Source: Minisyncoccota bacterium
GTDB lineage: Bacteria; Patescibacteriota; Minisyncoccia; Phycocordibacterales; UBA9973
DNA: 48,821 nucleotides
NCBI GenBank assembly: GCA_031973435.1
Contig: DALYDA010000003.1
Span: forward strand, 1-48,821
Direction of reading: 5' to 3'
Positions within the stretch are counted from its first letter, which is position 1; each line of letters begins with the position of its first letter. The position numbers were made by a program, and so were the translations under genes. Below are positions 10,457 to 18,319 of this stretch, in pieces. The notes beneath the pieces were generated by a model. The model was given only the letters and a program-made list of their open reading frames with translations. It was not told the DNA's origin and ran no database searches.

Positions 10457-10945
10457 ATGCAAAATAATAATTCAAAAATAAATACTATTTTTCTAATTAT
10501 TGTAATCATTTTGCTTGGTGTCGGTATTTGGATATTGGCAGACAAGAATGAGCGTGAATCGCGAATTGAAAATGAACAACAAGTTGCCGATGTGGTACAA
10601 GAAGAACCACAAGAAGAGGAAAAGCTGGTAGATTATAAACCAGAGCCTAAAGAAGAAGTTGATACTTGGCCGTATCCAGATTTCCTAAAAGTGATTATAG
10701 ATACAAACAAAGTAGACACTGTCCACTCATTTACATTTAGTGGGAGTACGTACTATCGAACAAACAAAGTAGAAACAACTGGCATGGATGGTTCAGCTTC
10801 GATCTACAATTCTAACGGACAATTTGTCGCAACGTGCGCAAACATGGTTCCACTTGCGGACCAAGATGAATTGTGCCAAACCTATGATCAAAATGGAACA
10901 AAGACACTTATTTACACTAGACCATTTGTGGGAGCTGAGAGTTAA
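10457..10945 (+). CDS. N-terminally anchored hypothetical protein
   Basis: Leader MQNNNSKINTIFLIIVIIL is paralogous to that of 10040..10450. Confidence 0.6.
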   Translation: MQNNNSKINTIFLIIVIILLGVGIWILADKNERESRIENEQQVADVVQEEPQEEEKLVDYKPEPKEEVDTWPYPDFLKVIIDTNKVDTVHSFTFSGSTYYRTNKVETTGMDGSASIYNSNGQFVATCANMVPLADQDELCQTYDQNGTKTLIYTRPFVGAES

Positions 10946-10953
10946 CAAAAATT

Positions 10954-12066
10954 ATGGCAACACTATACACACAACAAGATAAAAATTGGCGAAATAAGTT
11001 TTTTAGTTCCAAAACGAATAGGATTTTACTCGTTGTTCTTGTATTTCTGATGGTTTTTGTGGTCAAGTTTCTGCTTTCACGTTCGGACACACATTTACCT
11101 TGGTCAAAAAATATTTCGACACCTGGGATTTATTCGGAAGCGGTTGATAAAAATGATGAATGGATAACCACAGATTTTTCTACTGCGTGTGGGGGGCCGT
11201 GTGAAGGTTATGTTGTAAATATTTCATATCCAAAGGAGTACACGTTTGGTTGTTGTGGTGACACAGAAGCAGGTACTTTTCACACTTTACAGATTCCCAA
11301 TACGGAAGCCACCGGAGTTCAGATTTTAGAAGGCGCATATTATTGTTCAGACCCACTTGATGAAAATTGTACAGTTGAACCACAGTATTATTTTGCTGAT
11401 AAAATCCAAAATGGAGAAGTGACAAGGATTGATGATGTCGAGACAGATCACTTGGGGTTTTCTATTTTTGCTATCAAGGGTTATACAGATGAATGGGCTA
11501 CCAATACTCCGTATGAAAAATATATATTTATAATTCCTACAAATAGCAATAAACCCTACTCATTCAAATATTATCAAGTAGGATTCTTTCATCCTGAAAA
11601 AATGACCGATGAATTCAAAACAGAATTTTTGAACCGTCTTGAAATATGGACACCTATCTCAACAGAAGTAAGTGCATATCTAACTGGATTCGAAAAAAGA
11701 GAAGATGGATTTTGGTATTTAACATTGGATAATATTAGAACGGAAGGGGGAAGTGACGCAGGTTTGCCTCGTCCTTCTGGTTGGAAAATTACAAATCTAA
11801 ACAGGAGCACCGAAACTTTTAAAGCATCTGCAGATATTAGAGTGCAAGTAGATTCTGAACAGTGCCAGTATTCTTCCGGAAATTTGCCTGAACGATTCGA
11901 GCTATTCTCAGACTATGTAAATAGGCTTCAAAAGAAAGATTTTTATTACTGGAATCCAGATAGCGATGCGAAATATGGTTGGCAACTACCAGGTTATTAT
12001 TGGATAACTATTACTAATGGAGTGGCAACGAAGATGACGGAGACTTATAATAATTGCGGAGCATAA
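10954..12066 (+). CDS. N-terminally anchored hypothetical protein whose first 11 codons copy the htpX start
   Basis: 370-aa ORF. Codons 1-11 (MATLYTQQDKN) are a near-identical DNA copy of the htpX start. A TM helix follows. Confidence 0.65.
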   Translation: MATLYTQQDKNWRNKFFSSKTNRILLVVLVFLMVFVVKFLLSRSDTHLPWSKNISTPGIYSEAVDKNDEWITTDFSTACGGPCEGYVVNISYPKEYTFGCCGDTEAGTFHTLQIPNTEATGVQILEGAYYCSDPLDENCTVEPQYYFADKIQNGEVTRIDDVETDHLGFSIFAIKGYTDEWATNTPYEKYIFIIPTNSNKPYSFKYYQVGFFHPEKMTDEFKTEFLNRLEIWTPISTEVSAYLTGFEKREDGFWYLTLDNIRTEGGSDAGLPRPSGWKITNLNRSTETFKASADIRVQVDSEQCQYSSGNLPERFELFSDYVNRLQKKDFYYWNPDSDAKYGWQLPGYYWITITNGVATKMTETYNNCGA

Positions 12067-12069
12067 TTT

Positions 12070-12948
12070 ATGGCAACACTATATACACAACAAGATAAAA
12101 ACGTACGCAGAACATGGCTTCTCATGTCCACCTTTTTGGTACTTATTGTTGCTATCGGATTTGTGTTTTCTCAAGTATATGGCAACCCAGTGATACTCTA
12201 CGGATTCTTCATCTTTGCAGTTTGTATGAATCTATACGCGTATTGGAACAGTGCGAAAATCGCACTTCGTGTTTCTGGTGCAAAGCCAGCAGATGAGAGT
12301 CAGTATCGGGAACTACACAATATCATTGAGAATCTTTCCATCACCGCAGGTATTCCGAAACCGAAGGTGTATATCATCAACGACTCTGCGCCGAACGCAT
12401 TTGCAACAGGAAGAAACAAAGAGCACGCAGCTGTAGCGTTCACTACAGGTATACTTGCAATTCTTGATCGTACAGAATTAGAAGGAGTAGCTGCACACGA
12501 ACTTTCTCATATCGGGAACAAAGATATTCTAGTCTCTACAGTTGCAGTTATTCTTGCTGGATTTATTTCACTCATTGCAGACATGTTTCTTCGTTCACAG
12601 ATGTTTGGAGGGAGTAGAGATAGTGATAGCAAGGCAGGGAACATCCTCATGATCGTCGGTATCGTTCTTGCGATACTCGCTCCGATATTTGCTATGCTCG
12701 TACAACTCTCAATCTCGCGAAAGCGAGAATTCCTCGCCGACGCATCTGGCGCACTCCTCACACGTTATCCAGAGGGACTCGCTTCTGCACTTCAGAAGAT
12801 CTCTACAAATAGCGCTCCGCTTAGAAATGCACACAAAGCAACTGCACACCTCTTCATCGCTAATCCTTTTGGTGGTAAAAACTTTAAAAGCCTCTTCGCA
12901 ACTCACCCTCCTGTAGAGGCGAGAGTAAAGGCATTGCTCAACAAGTAA
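12070..12948 (+). CDS. htpX: M48-family zinc protease HtpX
   Basis: HELSHIGNKD (HExxH), four TM segments and the C-terminal FATHPPVEARVKAL. Confidence 0.9.
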   Translation: MATLYTQQDKNVRRTWLLMSTFLVLIVAIGFVFSQVYGNPVILYGFFIFAVCMNLYAYWNSAKIALRVSGAKPADESQYRELHNIIENLSITAGIPKPKVYIINDSAPNAFATGRNKEHAAVAFTTGILAILDRTELEGVAAHELSHIGNKDILVSTVAVILAGFISLIADMFLRSQMFGGSRDSDSKAGNILMIVGIVLAILAPIFAMLVQLSISRKREFLADASGALLTRYPEGLASALQKISTNSAPLRNAHKATAHLFIANPFGGKNFKSLFATHPPVEARVKALLNK

Positions 12949-13071
12949 TAATGTGAGGCATGAATATTACCATAAGTCCTACCTCTGATCCCTGGGTAGC
13001 TTTATAGATATTTAAATTAATCTATTCTACTGGTTGTGCGTTAGGGTTGTGTAAATAAAAACCTAAACAGG

Positions 13072-13099
13072 TTGCTTTATTTTTGCATTTCGGTATAAT
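13072..13099 (+). promoter_or_regulatory. candidate sigma-70 promoter for the antiporter gene
   Basis: TTGCTT (13072-13077), a 16-nt spacer, then TATAAT (13094-13099), ending 13 nt before the ATG at 13112. Confidence 0.45.
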
Positions 13100-13111
13100 C
13101 CATTTCTATCT

Positions 13112-15181
13112 ATGATAACAATAACATCTGTCCTTTCTCTATTTACCTTACTCGCAGTTTCATCTGTGGTCTTTTTTATTTCTAAAAGAATCAAAATTCC
13201 TTATACGGTATTACTGGTAGTCGTTGGTTTATTACTGGTGCCTTTGTCTAACCTGCCTTTCGTAAGCCCATATATTGGTTTTATCGATAACTTACGTTTA
13301 ACTCCAGAATTGCTATTTTATATTTTCTTGCCGATACTGATTTTCGAGTCAGCTTTCAATATGAATATTAGACGTATGGTAGAAAATATTTGGTCGATTT
13401 CTGCACTTGCTGTACTTAGTCTATTAGTTTCAACTGCAATCATTGCTTCAGGTATTTATTTTATTTTACCTTTTGTTGGTCTAGATGTTCCTTTCATTAT
13501 TGCACTACTTTTTGCCTCTATTATTTCTTCAACGGACCCAGTAGCAGTACTAGCTTTGTTTAAAGAATTTGGCGCCCCAAAGAGGCTAACTCTTATTTTT
13601 GAAGGGGAGAGTTTGTTCAATGACGGTACCGCGGTTGCATTGTTTTTGGTATTTCTAACGATTGCTGAAAAGGGTTTTCATGGATCTTCCACTGTTGTTG
13701 ATGGAATTTTAATGTTTCTAGGCATGGTTTTTGGAGGAATTATTTTAGGTCTTTTGATTGCTTTTGTTTTTTCTAGAATTTTACGTTACACTCGATCCAA
13801 TGAATTTGTAGCGGTCACTATTTTAATAGTTTCTGCACATATTACTTTTATCTTGGGCGAATTGATAAATGCTAATGGAATTTTTGGAATGCATTTCCAT
13901 GTATCTTCTATTATTGCCACAACTGTCACAGCATTGTTCCTAGGAAATTATTCTAGACATATTTTGTCTCCAAGATCAGACGAATATATAGAAAAATCTA
14001 TAGGACACTTAGCTTTTGTTGCCAATTCTTTAGTCTTCATTTTGATTGGAATACTATTCGTTTCGGCTCCTGTATCTTTGTATTCTCTATGGTTACCTAT
14101 TGTTGTTACGATTTTGATCGTAGCAAGTGCTCGTGCAATATCTATTTACTCTGTCGTAGTTCCATTAAACAAGTTAAAAATTGAAGACCCTATTCCGAAA
14201 GAATGGCAACATTTGCTCTCCTGGGGTTCTTTGCGAGGAGCCTTGGCTATCATTGTAGTTTTGCTAATACCTACAGATTATGTTCCAGCTGGATGGAGCC
14301 ATGCTTTTACTCCACAAGAATTACTGCTGGCATTGACTATTGGTTGTATTTTGGCAACTTTGTTCATAAAAGCCCTAACAATAGGGATGTTTATCCGAAG
14401 GTTAAAAGTAAATACAGATTCACTTTTAGAGCAAGCTCACAAAATGGATCTATCTATCTACTCAGCTTTAACTGAAGAAAGCCGTTTCGTTGAGCAAAAG
14501 ACCAAAGGATTTTTAAAGGATAGTTATTATCAAAAAATTAAGCAAGAATTGGACGATAAAATAGAAAGGCTTTTAGTGCAGAGAAACAAATTTATAAAAA
14601 AATACGGAGAAATTATTTTTGAACAGTCTTTGCATTTAATAGCAGTAGATATTGAGAAAAAGTATTTACAAGATTTATATGTGAATAATGAAATAGGTGA
14701 AAAAGTTTACCGTAGAATTACAGGTAAGTTGGCATTGCAAAAAGAAAAAATAGAAACTGCTTGCCAAGGCGAAATCAACCCTTCTGATTTCAGGGACAAA
14801 AAAGATATATTCGACCGCATGGTTGCTTTTGGAAATGGATTTTTAGGTAAAGGTGAAAATGTACTTTCCAAAGAAGAGCAATTGACGTACTATCGGGCAC
14901 AAAGTATTATTGCGCGTAAGGTTTTGACAAATTTGGAAAAAATGCAAAATCAGTACAGTTCTGCAGTATTTTTCTCAAATGTATTTGATAAGATTGTTGC
15001 ACATTATTCTAAGTACAGGGTTCAAGCTAGTGATAAGATGGAAAAAGTCTTTGAAGACGATAGAGAATATTTGGAAACAGTTCTGGAGGATTTGTCGAGA
15101 AAATCTTTACATGCATCACGTGTAAAATCATTAGAATATCTGGCAGAGAAGGGAATAATTAAAGAACCTGCATTAGAGTAG
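13112..15181 (+). CDS. CPA1-family (NhaP-type) Na+/H+ antiporter with a long soluble C-terminal tail
   Basis: Polytopic N-terminal ~420 aa with FEGESLFNDGTAVALF, followed by ~260 aa of charged helical sequence. Confidence 0.85.
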   Translation: MITITSVLSLFTLLAVSSVVFFISKRIKIPYTVLLVVVGLLLVPLSNLPFVSPYIGFIDNLRLTPELLFYIFLPILIFESAFNMNIRRMVENIWSISALAVLSLLVSTAIIASGIYFILPFVGLDVPFIIALLFASIISSTDPVAVLALFKEFGAPKRLTLIFEGESLFNDGTAVALFLVFLTIAEKGFHGSSTVVDGILMFLGMVFGGIILGLLIAFVFSRILRYTRSNEFVAVTILIVSAHITFILGELINANGIFGMHFHVSSIIATTVTALFLGNYSRHILSPRSDEYIEKSIGHLAFVANSLVFILIGILFVSAPVSLYSLWLPIVVTILIVASARAISIYSVVVPLNKLKIEDPIPKEWQHLLSWGSLRGALAIIVVLLIPTDYVPAGWSHAFTPQELLLALTIGCILATLFIKALTIGMFIRRLKVNTDSLLEQAHKMDLSIYSALTEESRFVEQKTKGFLKDSYYQKIKQELDDKIERLLVQRNKFIKKYGEIIFEQSLHLIAVDIEKKYLQDLYVNNEIGEKVYRRITGKLALQKEKIETACQGEINPSDFRDKKDIFDRMVAFGNGFLGKGENVLSKEEQLTYYRAQSIIARKVLTNLEKMQNQYSSAVFFSNVFDKIVAHYSKYRVQASDKMEKVFEDDREYLETVLEDLSRKSLHASRVKSLEYLAEKGIIKEPALE

Positions 15182-15215
15182 TCGGTGATATTTTCTGTAT
15201 TTTTTTTGCAATAGT

Positions 15216-15443
15216 ATGATAAAAATAATCGGTTGGTTGGGAACAGGGATACTCATCGTTACATACGGGCTCAACTCATTTGGATATATAGATTCAGAGA
15301 GTTTGTGGTATCCACTACTCAATCTTATCGCGGCGATATTCCTCGGGATCCGTGTGTTTTCCGACAGGAACTATTCAAATCTAATTTTAGAAATATTTTG
15401 GGGAGCGATAGCAGTTATTGCTATTTTCAGTTTTCTATTTTAA
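15216..15443 (+). CDS. small membrane protein (75 aa, 2-3 TM)
   Basis: Hydrophobic ORF with an ATG start. The overlapping alternative frame (15233..15466) is non-hydrophobic and less gene-like. Confidence 0.55.
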   Translation: MIKIIGWLGTGILIVTYGLNSFGYIDSESLWYPLLNLIAAIFLGIRVFSDRNYSNLILEIFWGAIAVIAIFSFLF

Positions 15444-15625
15444 TTTATTTTCATTTCTTGCAATAAAAGTATAAATCCGTAGTATAGACAAGGATGTTCT
15501 TTTTATTTTGTGTGCATTTGTACGCAAAATAGCATTGGCACTCTTGAAATTTATAAGTAAGGAGTGTCGGGTTTTTCCCGCGTATGCGGGATCGGCCTGT
15601 TCCTCCGAGTAAAATCGGGGGGCTA

Positions 15626-15712
15626 GGAGACGTCGCATAGCGGTCTAGTGCACCACCTTGGAAAGGTGGCAAGGTGTCAAAGCCTTCGAGGGTTCAAATC
15701 CCTCCGTCTCCG
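15626..15712 (+). tRNA. tRNA-Ser (anticodon GGA), type II with long variable arm
   Basis: Hand-folded. Acceptor GGAGACG/CGTCTCC, D-loop with GG, anticodon stem CCACC/GGTGG with loop TTGGAAA, 18-nt variable arm, T-arm GAGGG-TTCAAAT-CCCTC, discriminator G. No encoded CCA. Confidence 0.85.
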
Positions 15713-15921
15713 CCTTTTTATAAATAAGATAGCTCTTGCTATTCTATTTGTAAAACAAGTTAGGGTGATAGGAGGGATTTGAACCGCTGGCCGCAGTCCC
15801 ATCACTATGGGACGAAGGTTTCGAGTCGTAGCAACGACGAGAGGCAAATCCCATCTCTGGTTTTCAGTAATTCAAATTAGACTAACAGACTCTGATTATG
15901 ATAGAGTCCATGGGTAAGTAG

Positions 15922-16008
15922 GGAGGCGTGGATGAGTGGTTTAAATCAACAGTTTACTAAACTGTCGTCCCGTTAAAAGGACCGTGAGTTCGAATCTCAC
16001 CGCCTCCG
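15922..16008 (+). tRNA. tRNA-Ser-like type II tRNA; anticodon reads ACT as I fold it
   Basis: Acceptor GGAGGCG/CGCCTCC, D-stem GAT/ATC, anticodon stem ACAGT/ACTGT with loop TTACTAA (anticodon at 15956-15958), 18-nt variable arm, T-arm GTGAG-TTCGAAT-CTCAC, discriminator G. Confidence 0.8.
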
Positions 16009-17502
16009 CATTAAAACGAAATCAGAATCCCCGCGAAAAAATGCATCGGCGCGAAGCGCCGATGTGTGGGCTGAATCCCCGCCAAACCCAATCCCCGCCA
16101 AGATTTTCCACGCTCCGCGTGGCTCAAAAAGTACGGTTCGATCCTTAATTTGAAAGTTCGAACCGACTTTTTTAAGTAAACGGATTTTTTCTCCGTTTAC
16201 TTCATCGTTTGCCAATTCCATATTGAATTTCAAAAACTTTTCGGTAAGTTCGAACCGATTATTCGCTTTTTGCTCAAAAGCAGATAATTTCTCTTTGAGA
16301 AGCTGTTTAGAGCTAACCAACGCACTTTTAGTCTCTCGATATTCTTCCAGTGAAAGTGCGCTTTCAAGATAGAGTGTCATCAGCCTCTCGATCTTGGAAT
16401 CCAAAAGAGAAATTTCGGCTTTTGTGTTATCCGCAAAAAGCGTAGACGATTGTATTTCGGATGATTGATCTTTTCTGTTTTCTTCAATCATCCATTTTAT
16501 CCAATCGTCTGGCAAAGAAACTTTTTTGATTTCCTTTTGAATTTGAGAAGTGATGATTTCTTCACGGACATATTTTTGATCACAAGGATTTTTCCTTTTC
16601 GTACACCGCAAATAGTTATGACCTTTTTGTGTTTCAATAGTGATAAAGCAACCGCAGACACAATGGAAAAATCCGCGATATAAATATGGCTTCAAAACTT
16701 TGGAATGTGGTTTAGACTTTCTCATCATCACTTCTTGAACGGAATCAAAAAGTTTCTTTGTAATAATCGGTTCGTGTTTACCTTCGTGTATTTCACCGTT
16801 ATACCTCATTAGCCCTGTGTAAATCGGATTTTTCAAAAGTTTTTGATAATTCGACACCGCAAGTGCTCCATCGCTTTTTCCTTTCAAACCTAGCTCATTA
16901 AATTTGTCGCGGACTTGGCGCAAAGTGAAGTTTCCAGTTGCATATGCCTCAAATGTTTTTCGCACAAGCGGAGCAAATTCGGGATGTGGAGTAATTCCGC
17001 CATTTTTTATATTCATATATCCAAGCGGAGCCATTTGAGGCCATATTCCATTCTTCACTTTGTTTCGATGTCCGCGCTTGATATTTTCCGACAAGTTATC
17101 AACATAATATTTTGATTGAGAAAAAGCGATTGAGAGCATGAATTTTCCTTGCGGTGTCGGATCACACCAGAAAGTTGGAAATTTTAAATCAGTTATCTTG
17201 CCCGTATCGAGCAAATATATTATTTTTCCACCATCAACACTATTTCTCGCTAGTCTGTCTGGATGCCACGCTAAAATTCCATTTGCCTCATTTGCTTCGA
17301 TACGGAGAAGCATTTCATTAAATACTGGCCGACCCGGAACTTTAGCCGTCTGCTTTTCCACAAATACATCTACAACCTCAATATCCTCTTTTAACGCTAA
17401 AGTTTTTAACTCGGCCAGTTGATCCGAAATGCTTCTAACCTGCCGATCTTCACTATCGGTAGATTTGCGAGTATAAATGAAAAATTTTCTGGTGTGATTC
17501 AT
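15997..17502 (-). CDS. large serine recombinase
   Basis: Resolvase catalytic domain (IYTRKSTDSEDRQVRSISDQ, DRLARN), recombinase domain, Zn-ribbon CVCGC...CTKRKNPC and a coiled-coil. The last ~41 codons lie in IR-A and the stop codon lies inside the tRNA T-arm. Confidence 0.9.
   Translation of the reverse strand: MNHTRKFFIYTRKSTDSEDRQVRSISDQLAELKTLALKEDIEVVDVFVEKQTAKVPGRPVFNEMLLRIEANEANGILAWHPDRLARNSVDGGKIIYLLDTGKITDLKFPTFWCDPTPQGKFMLSIAFSQSKYYVDNLSENIKRGHRNKVKNGIWPQMAPLGYMNIKNGGITPHPEFAPLVRKTFEAYATGNFTLRQVRDKFNELGLKGKSDGALAVSNYQKLLKNPIYTGLMRYNGEIHEGKHEPIITKKLFDSVQEVMMRKSKPHSKVLKPYLYRGFFHCVCGCFITIETQKGHNYLRCTKRKNPCDQKYVREEIITSQIQKEIKKVSLPDDWIKWMIEENRKDQSSEIQSSTLFADNTKAEISLLDSKIERLMTLYLESALSLEEYRETKSALVSSKQLLKEKLSAFEQKANNRFELTEKFLKFNMELANDEVNGEKIRLLKKVGSNFQIKDRTVLFEPRGAWKILAGIGFGGDSAHTSALRADAFFRGDSDFVLMRRR
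16006..16125. repeat. IR-A left copy (120 bp)
   Basis: Exact reverse complement of 17524..17643, checked base by base. Overlaps the last 3 nt of the tRNA. Confidence 0.95.
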
Positions 17503-17523
17503 ATTTTTGTATTGGCAAACGAG

Positions 17524-17643
17524 GAGCCACGCGGAGCGTGGAAAATCTTGGCGGGGATTGGGTTTGGCGGGGATTCAGCCCACACATCGGCGCTTCGCGC
17601 CGATGCATTTTTTCGCGGGGATTCTGATTTCGTTTTAATGCGG
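17524..17643. repeat. IR-A right copy (120 bp)
   Basis: Exact reverse complement of 16006..16125. Contains three direct GCGGGGATT 9-mers and the hairpin CATCGGCGC-TTC-GCGCCGATG. Confidence 0.95.
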
Positions 17644-17847
17644 TGCATATTAGACAAAGTTCGAATGTATTTTGCTGATAATCCTAACGAAGAAATCTAA
17701 AAATGGACTCGGCAGGGCGAAACAATTTTCTGGGGATATGGATTCGCCCTGCCTCGGCTAATGTCTTTTCCCGCCCGCAGGAGGGGTCTGGGGAGGAATG
17801 CGGACGGGATTCGCTCCAGCATTTCTTTGCGGAATTCGGGGCGGACA
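17639..17847. repeat. IR-B left copy (209 bp)
   Basis: Exact reverse complement of 19771..19979. Overlaps IR-A right by the 5-nt TGCGG core. Confidence 0.95.
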
Positions 17848-17850
17848 TGC

Positions 17851-17876
17851 CCATATTGAATTATAATTCAATATGG
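17851..17876. promoter_or_regulatory. 26-bp perfect palindrome centred on TATAAT; candidate operator and bidirectional -10
   Basis: CCATATTGAATT-AT-AATTCAATATGG. TATAAT (17862-17867) reads the same on both strands. Lies ~30 nt upstream of the XRE gene. Confidence 0.5.
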
Positions 17877-17902
17877 TTTAATAATGCAAGTTTTTATATA
17901 CT

Positions 17903-18112
17903 GTGGATATGTCAATTGTAAAGAAACTTGGCGAGAACATTAAGAAAATAAGGACAAAAAAGGAAATGACCCAAGGCGATGTCTGCCGAGCGCTTAAAAT
18001 GGATAGAGGATATATGAGTGCCATTGAAAATGGCAAGAAAAATATAACTCTTTTACAGCTTGAGAAAATAGCAAAAGCACTTGGGGAAAATCCCGATAGA
18101 TTGTTGAAATGA
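17903..18112 (+). CDS. XRE-family helix-turn-helix transcriptional regulator
   Basis: MTQGDVCRALKMDRGYMSAIENGKKNITLLQLEKIAKAL is a typical HTH_3 (XRE) domain. Start is GTG at 17903 or ATG at 17909. Confidence 0.85.
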   Translation: MDMSIVKKLGENIKKIRTKKEMTQGDVCRALKMDRGYMSAIENGKKNITLLQLEKIAKALGENPDRLLK

Positions 18113-18315
18113 GTTGTGTTATAATTCAAACATATATGACAGAAGAAGAAAGAGCTATAAAAATTGAAGAAGTGTACAACGATGCGAAACAAAAACTTGA
18201 GGAACTTGGCAATAAACGCCACGGCATTGTTAAAGATTACATTAAAGAGTTAGAGGCTCAAAAAGTAGATGCTATTCGGGCATCTCTTGGATTATCAAAT
18301 AATAGTCAAAAATAA
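18109..18315 (+). CDS. small charged, coiled-coil-like hypothetical protein (68 aa)
   Basis: ATGA overlap with the XRE stop codon suggests translational coupling. Helical, charged sequence. Confidence 0.5.
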   Translation: MSCVIIQTYMTEEERAIKIEEVYNDAKQKLEELGNKRHGIVKDYIKELEAQKVDAIRASLGLSNNSQK

Positions 18316-18319
18316 ATTT

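Noticed and set aside
12949-13111. Possible horizontal origin of the NhaP-type antiporter gene, which looks more AT-rich and has its own strong promoter.
   Set aside because: This is only a visual impression of composition. There are no flanking repeats or mobility genes, and I cannot support it without computing codon and GC statistics.
15761-15870. Minus-strand tRNA suggested by GGTTCAAATCCCTCC.
   Set aside because: The T-stem would contain two mismatches, and no matching acceptor or anticodon arm can be folded. I treat it as a fragment or scar.
17419-17700. ORF 17419..17700 (+) and ORF 19918..20154 (-) both end in …CILDKVRMYFADNPNEEI.
   Set aside because: The first reads antisense over the recombinase start and then through IR-A/IR-B. 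The second reads antisense over the start of the 20012 gene and into IR-B. They are repeat-derived frames and matter only as the alternative recombinase tail discussed in the findings.
17703-17921. ORF 17703..17921 (+) and ORF 19706..19915 (-) have identical 48-aa N-termini (MDSAGRNNFLGIWIRPASANVF…).
   Set aside because: Both are the same frame of the two IR-B copies and diverge as soon as the repeat ends. GC-rich repeat DNA gives long open frames by chance, and no motif or plausible start context is present.
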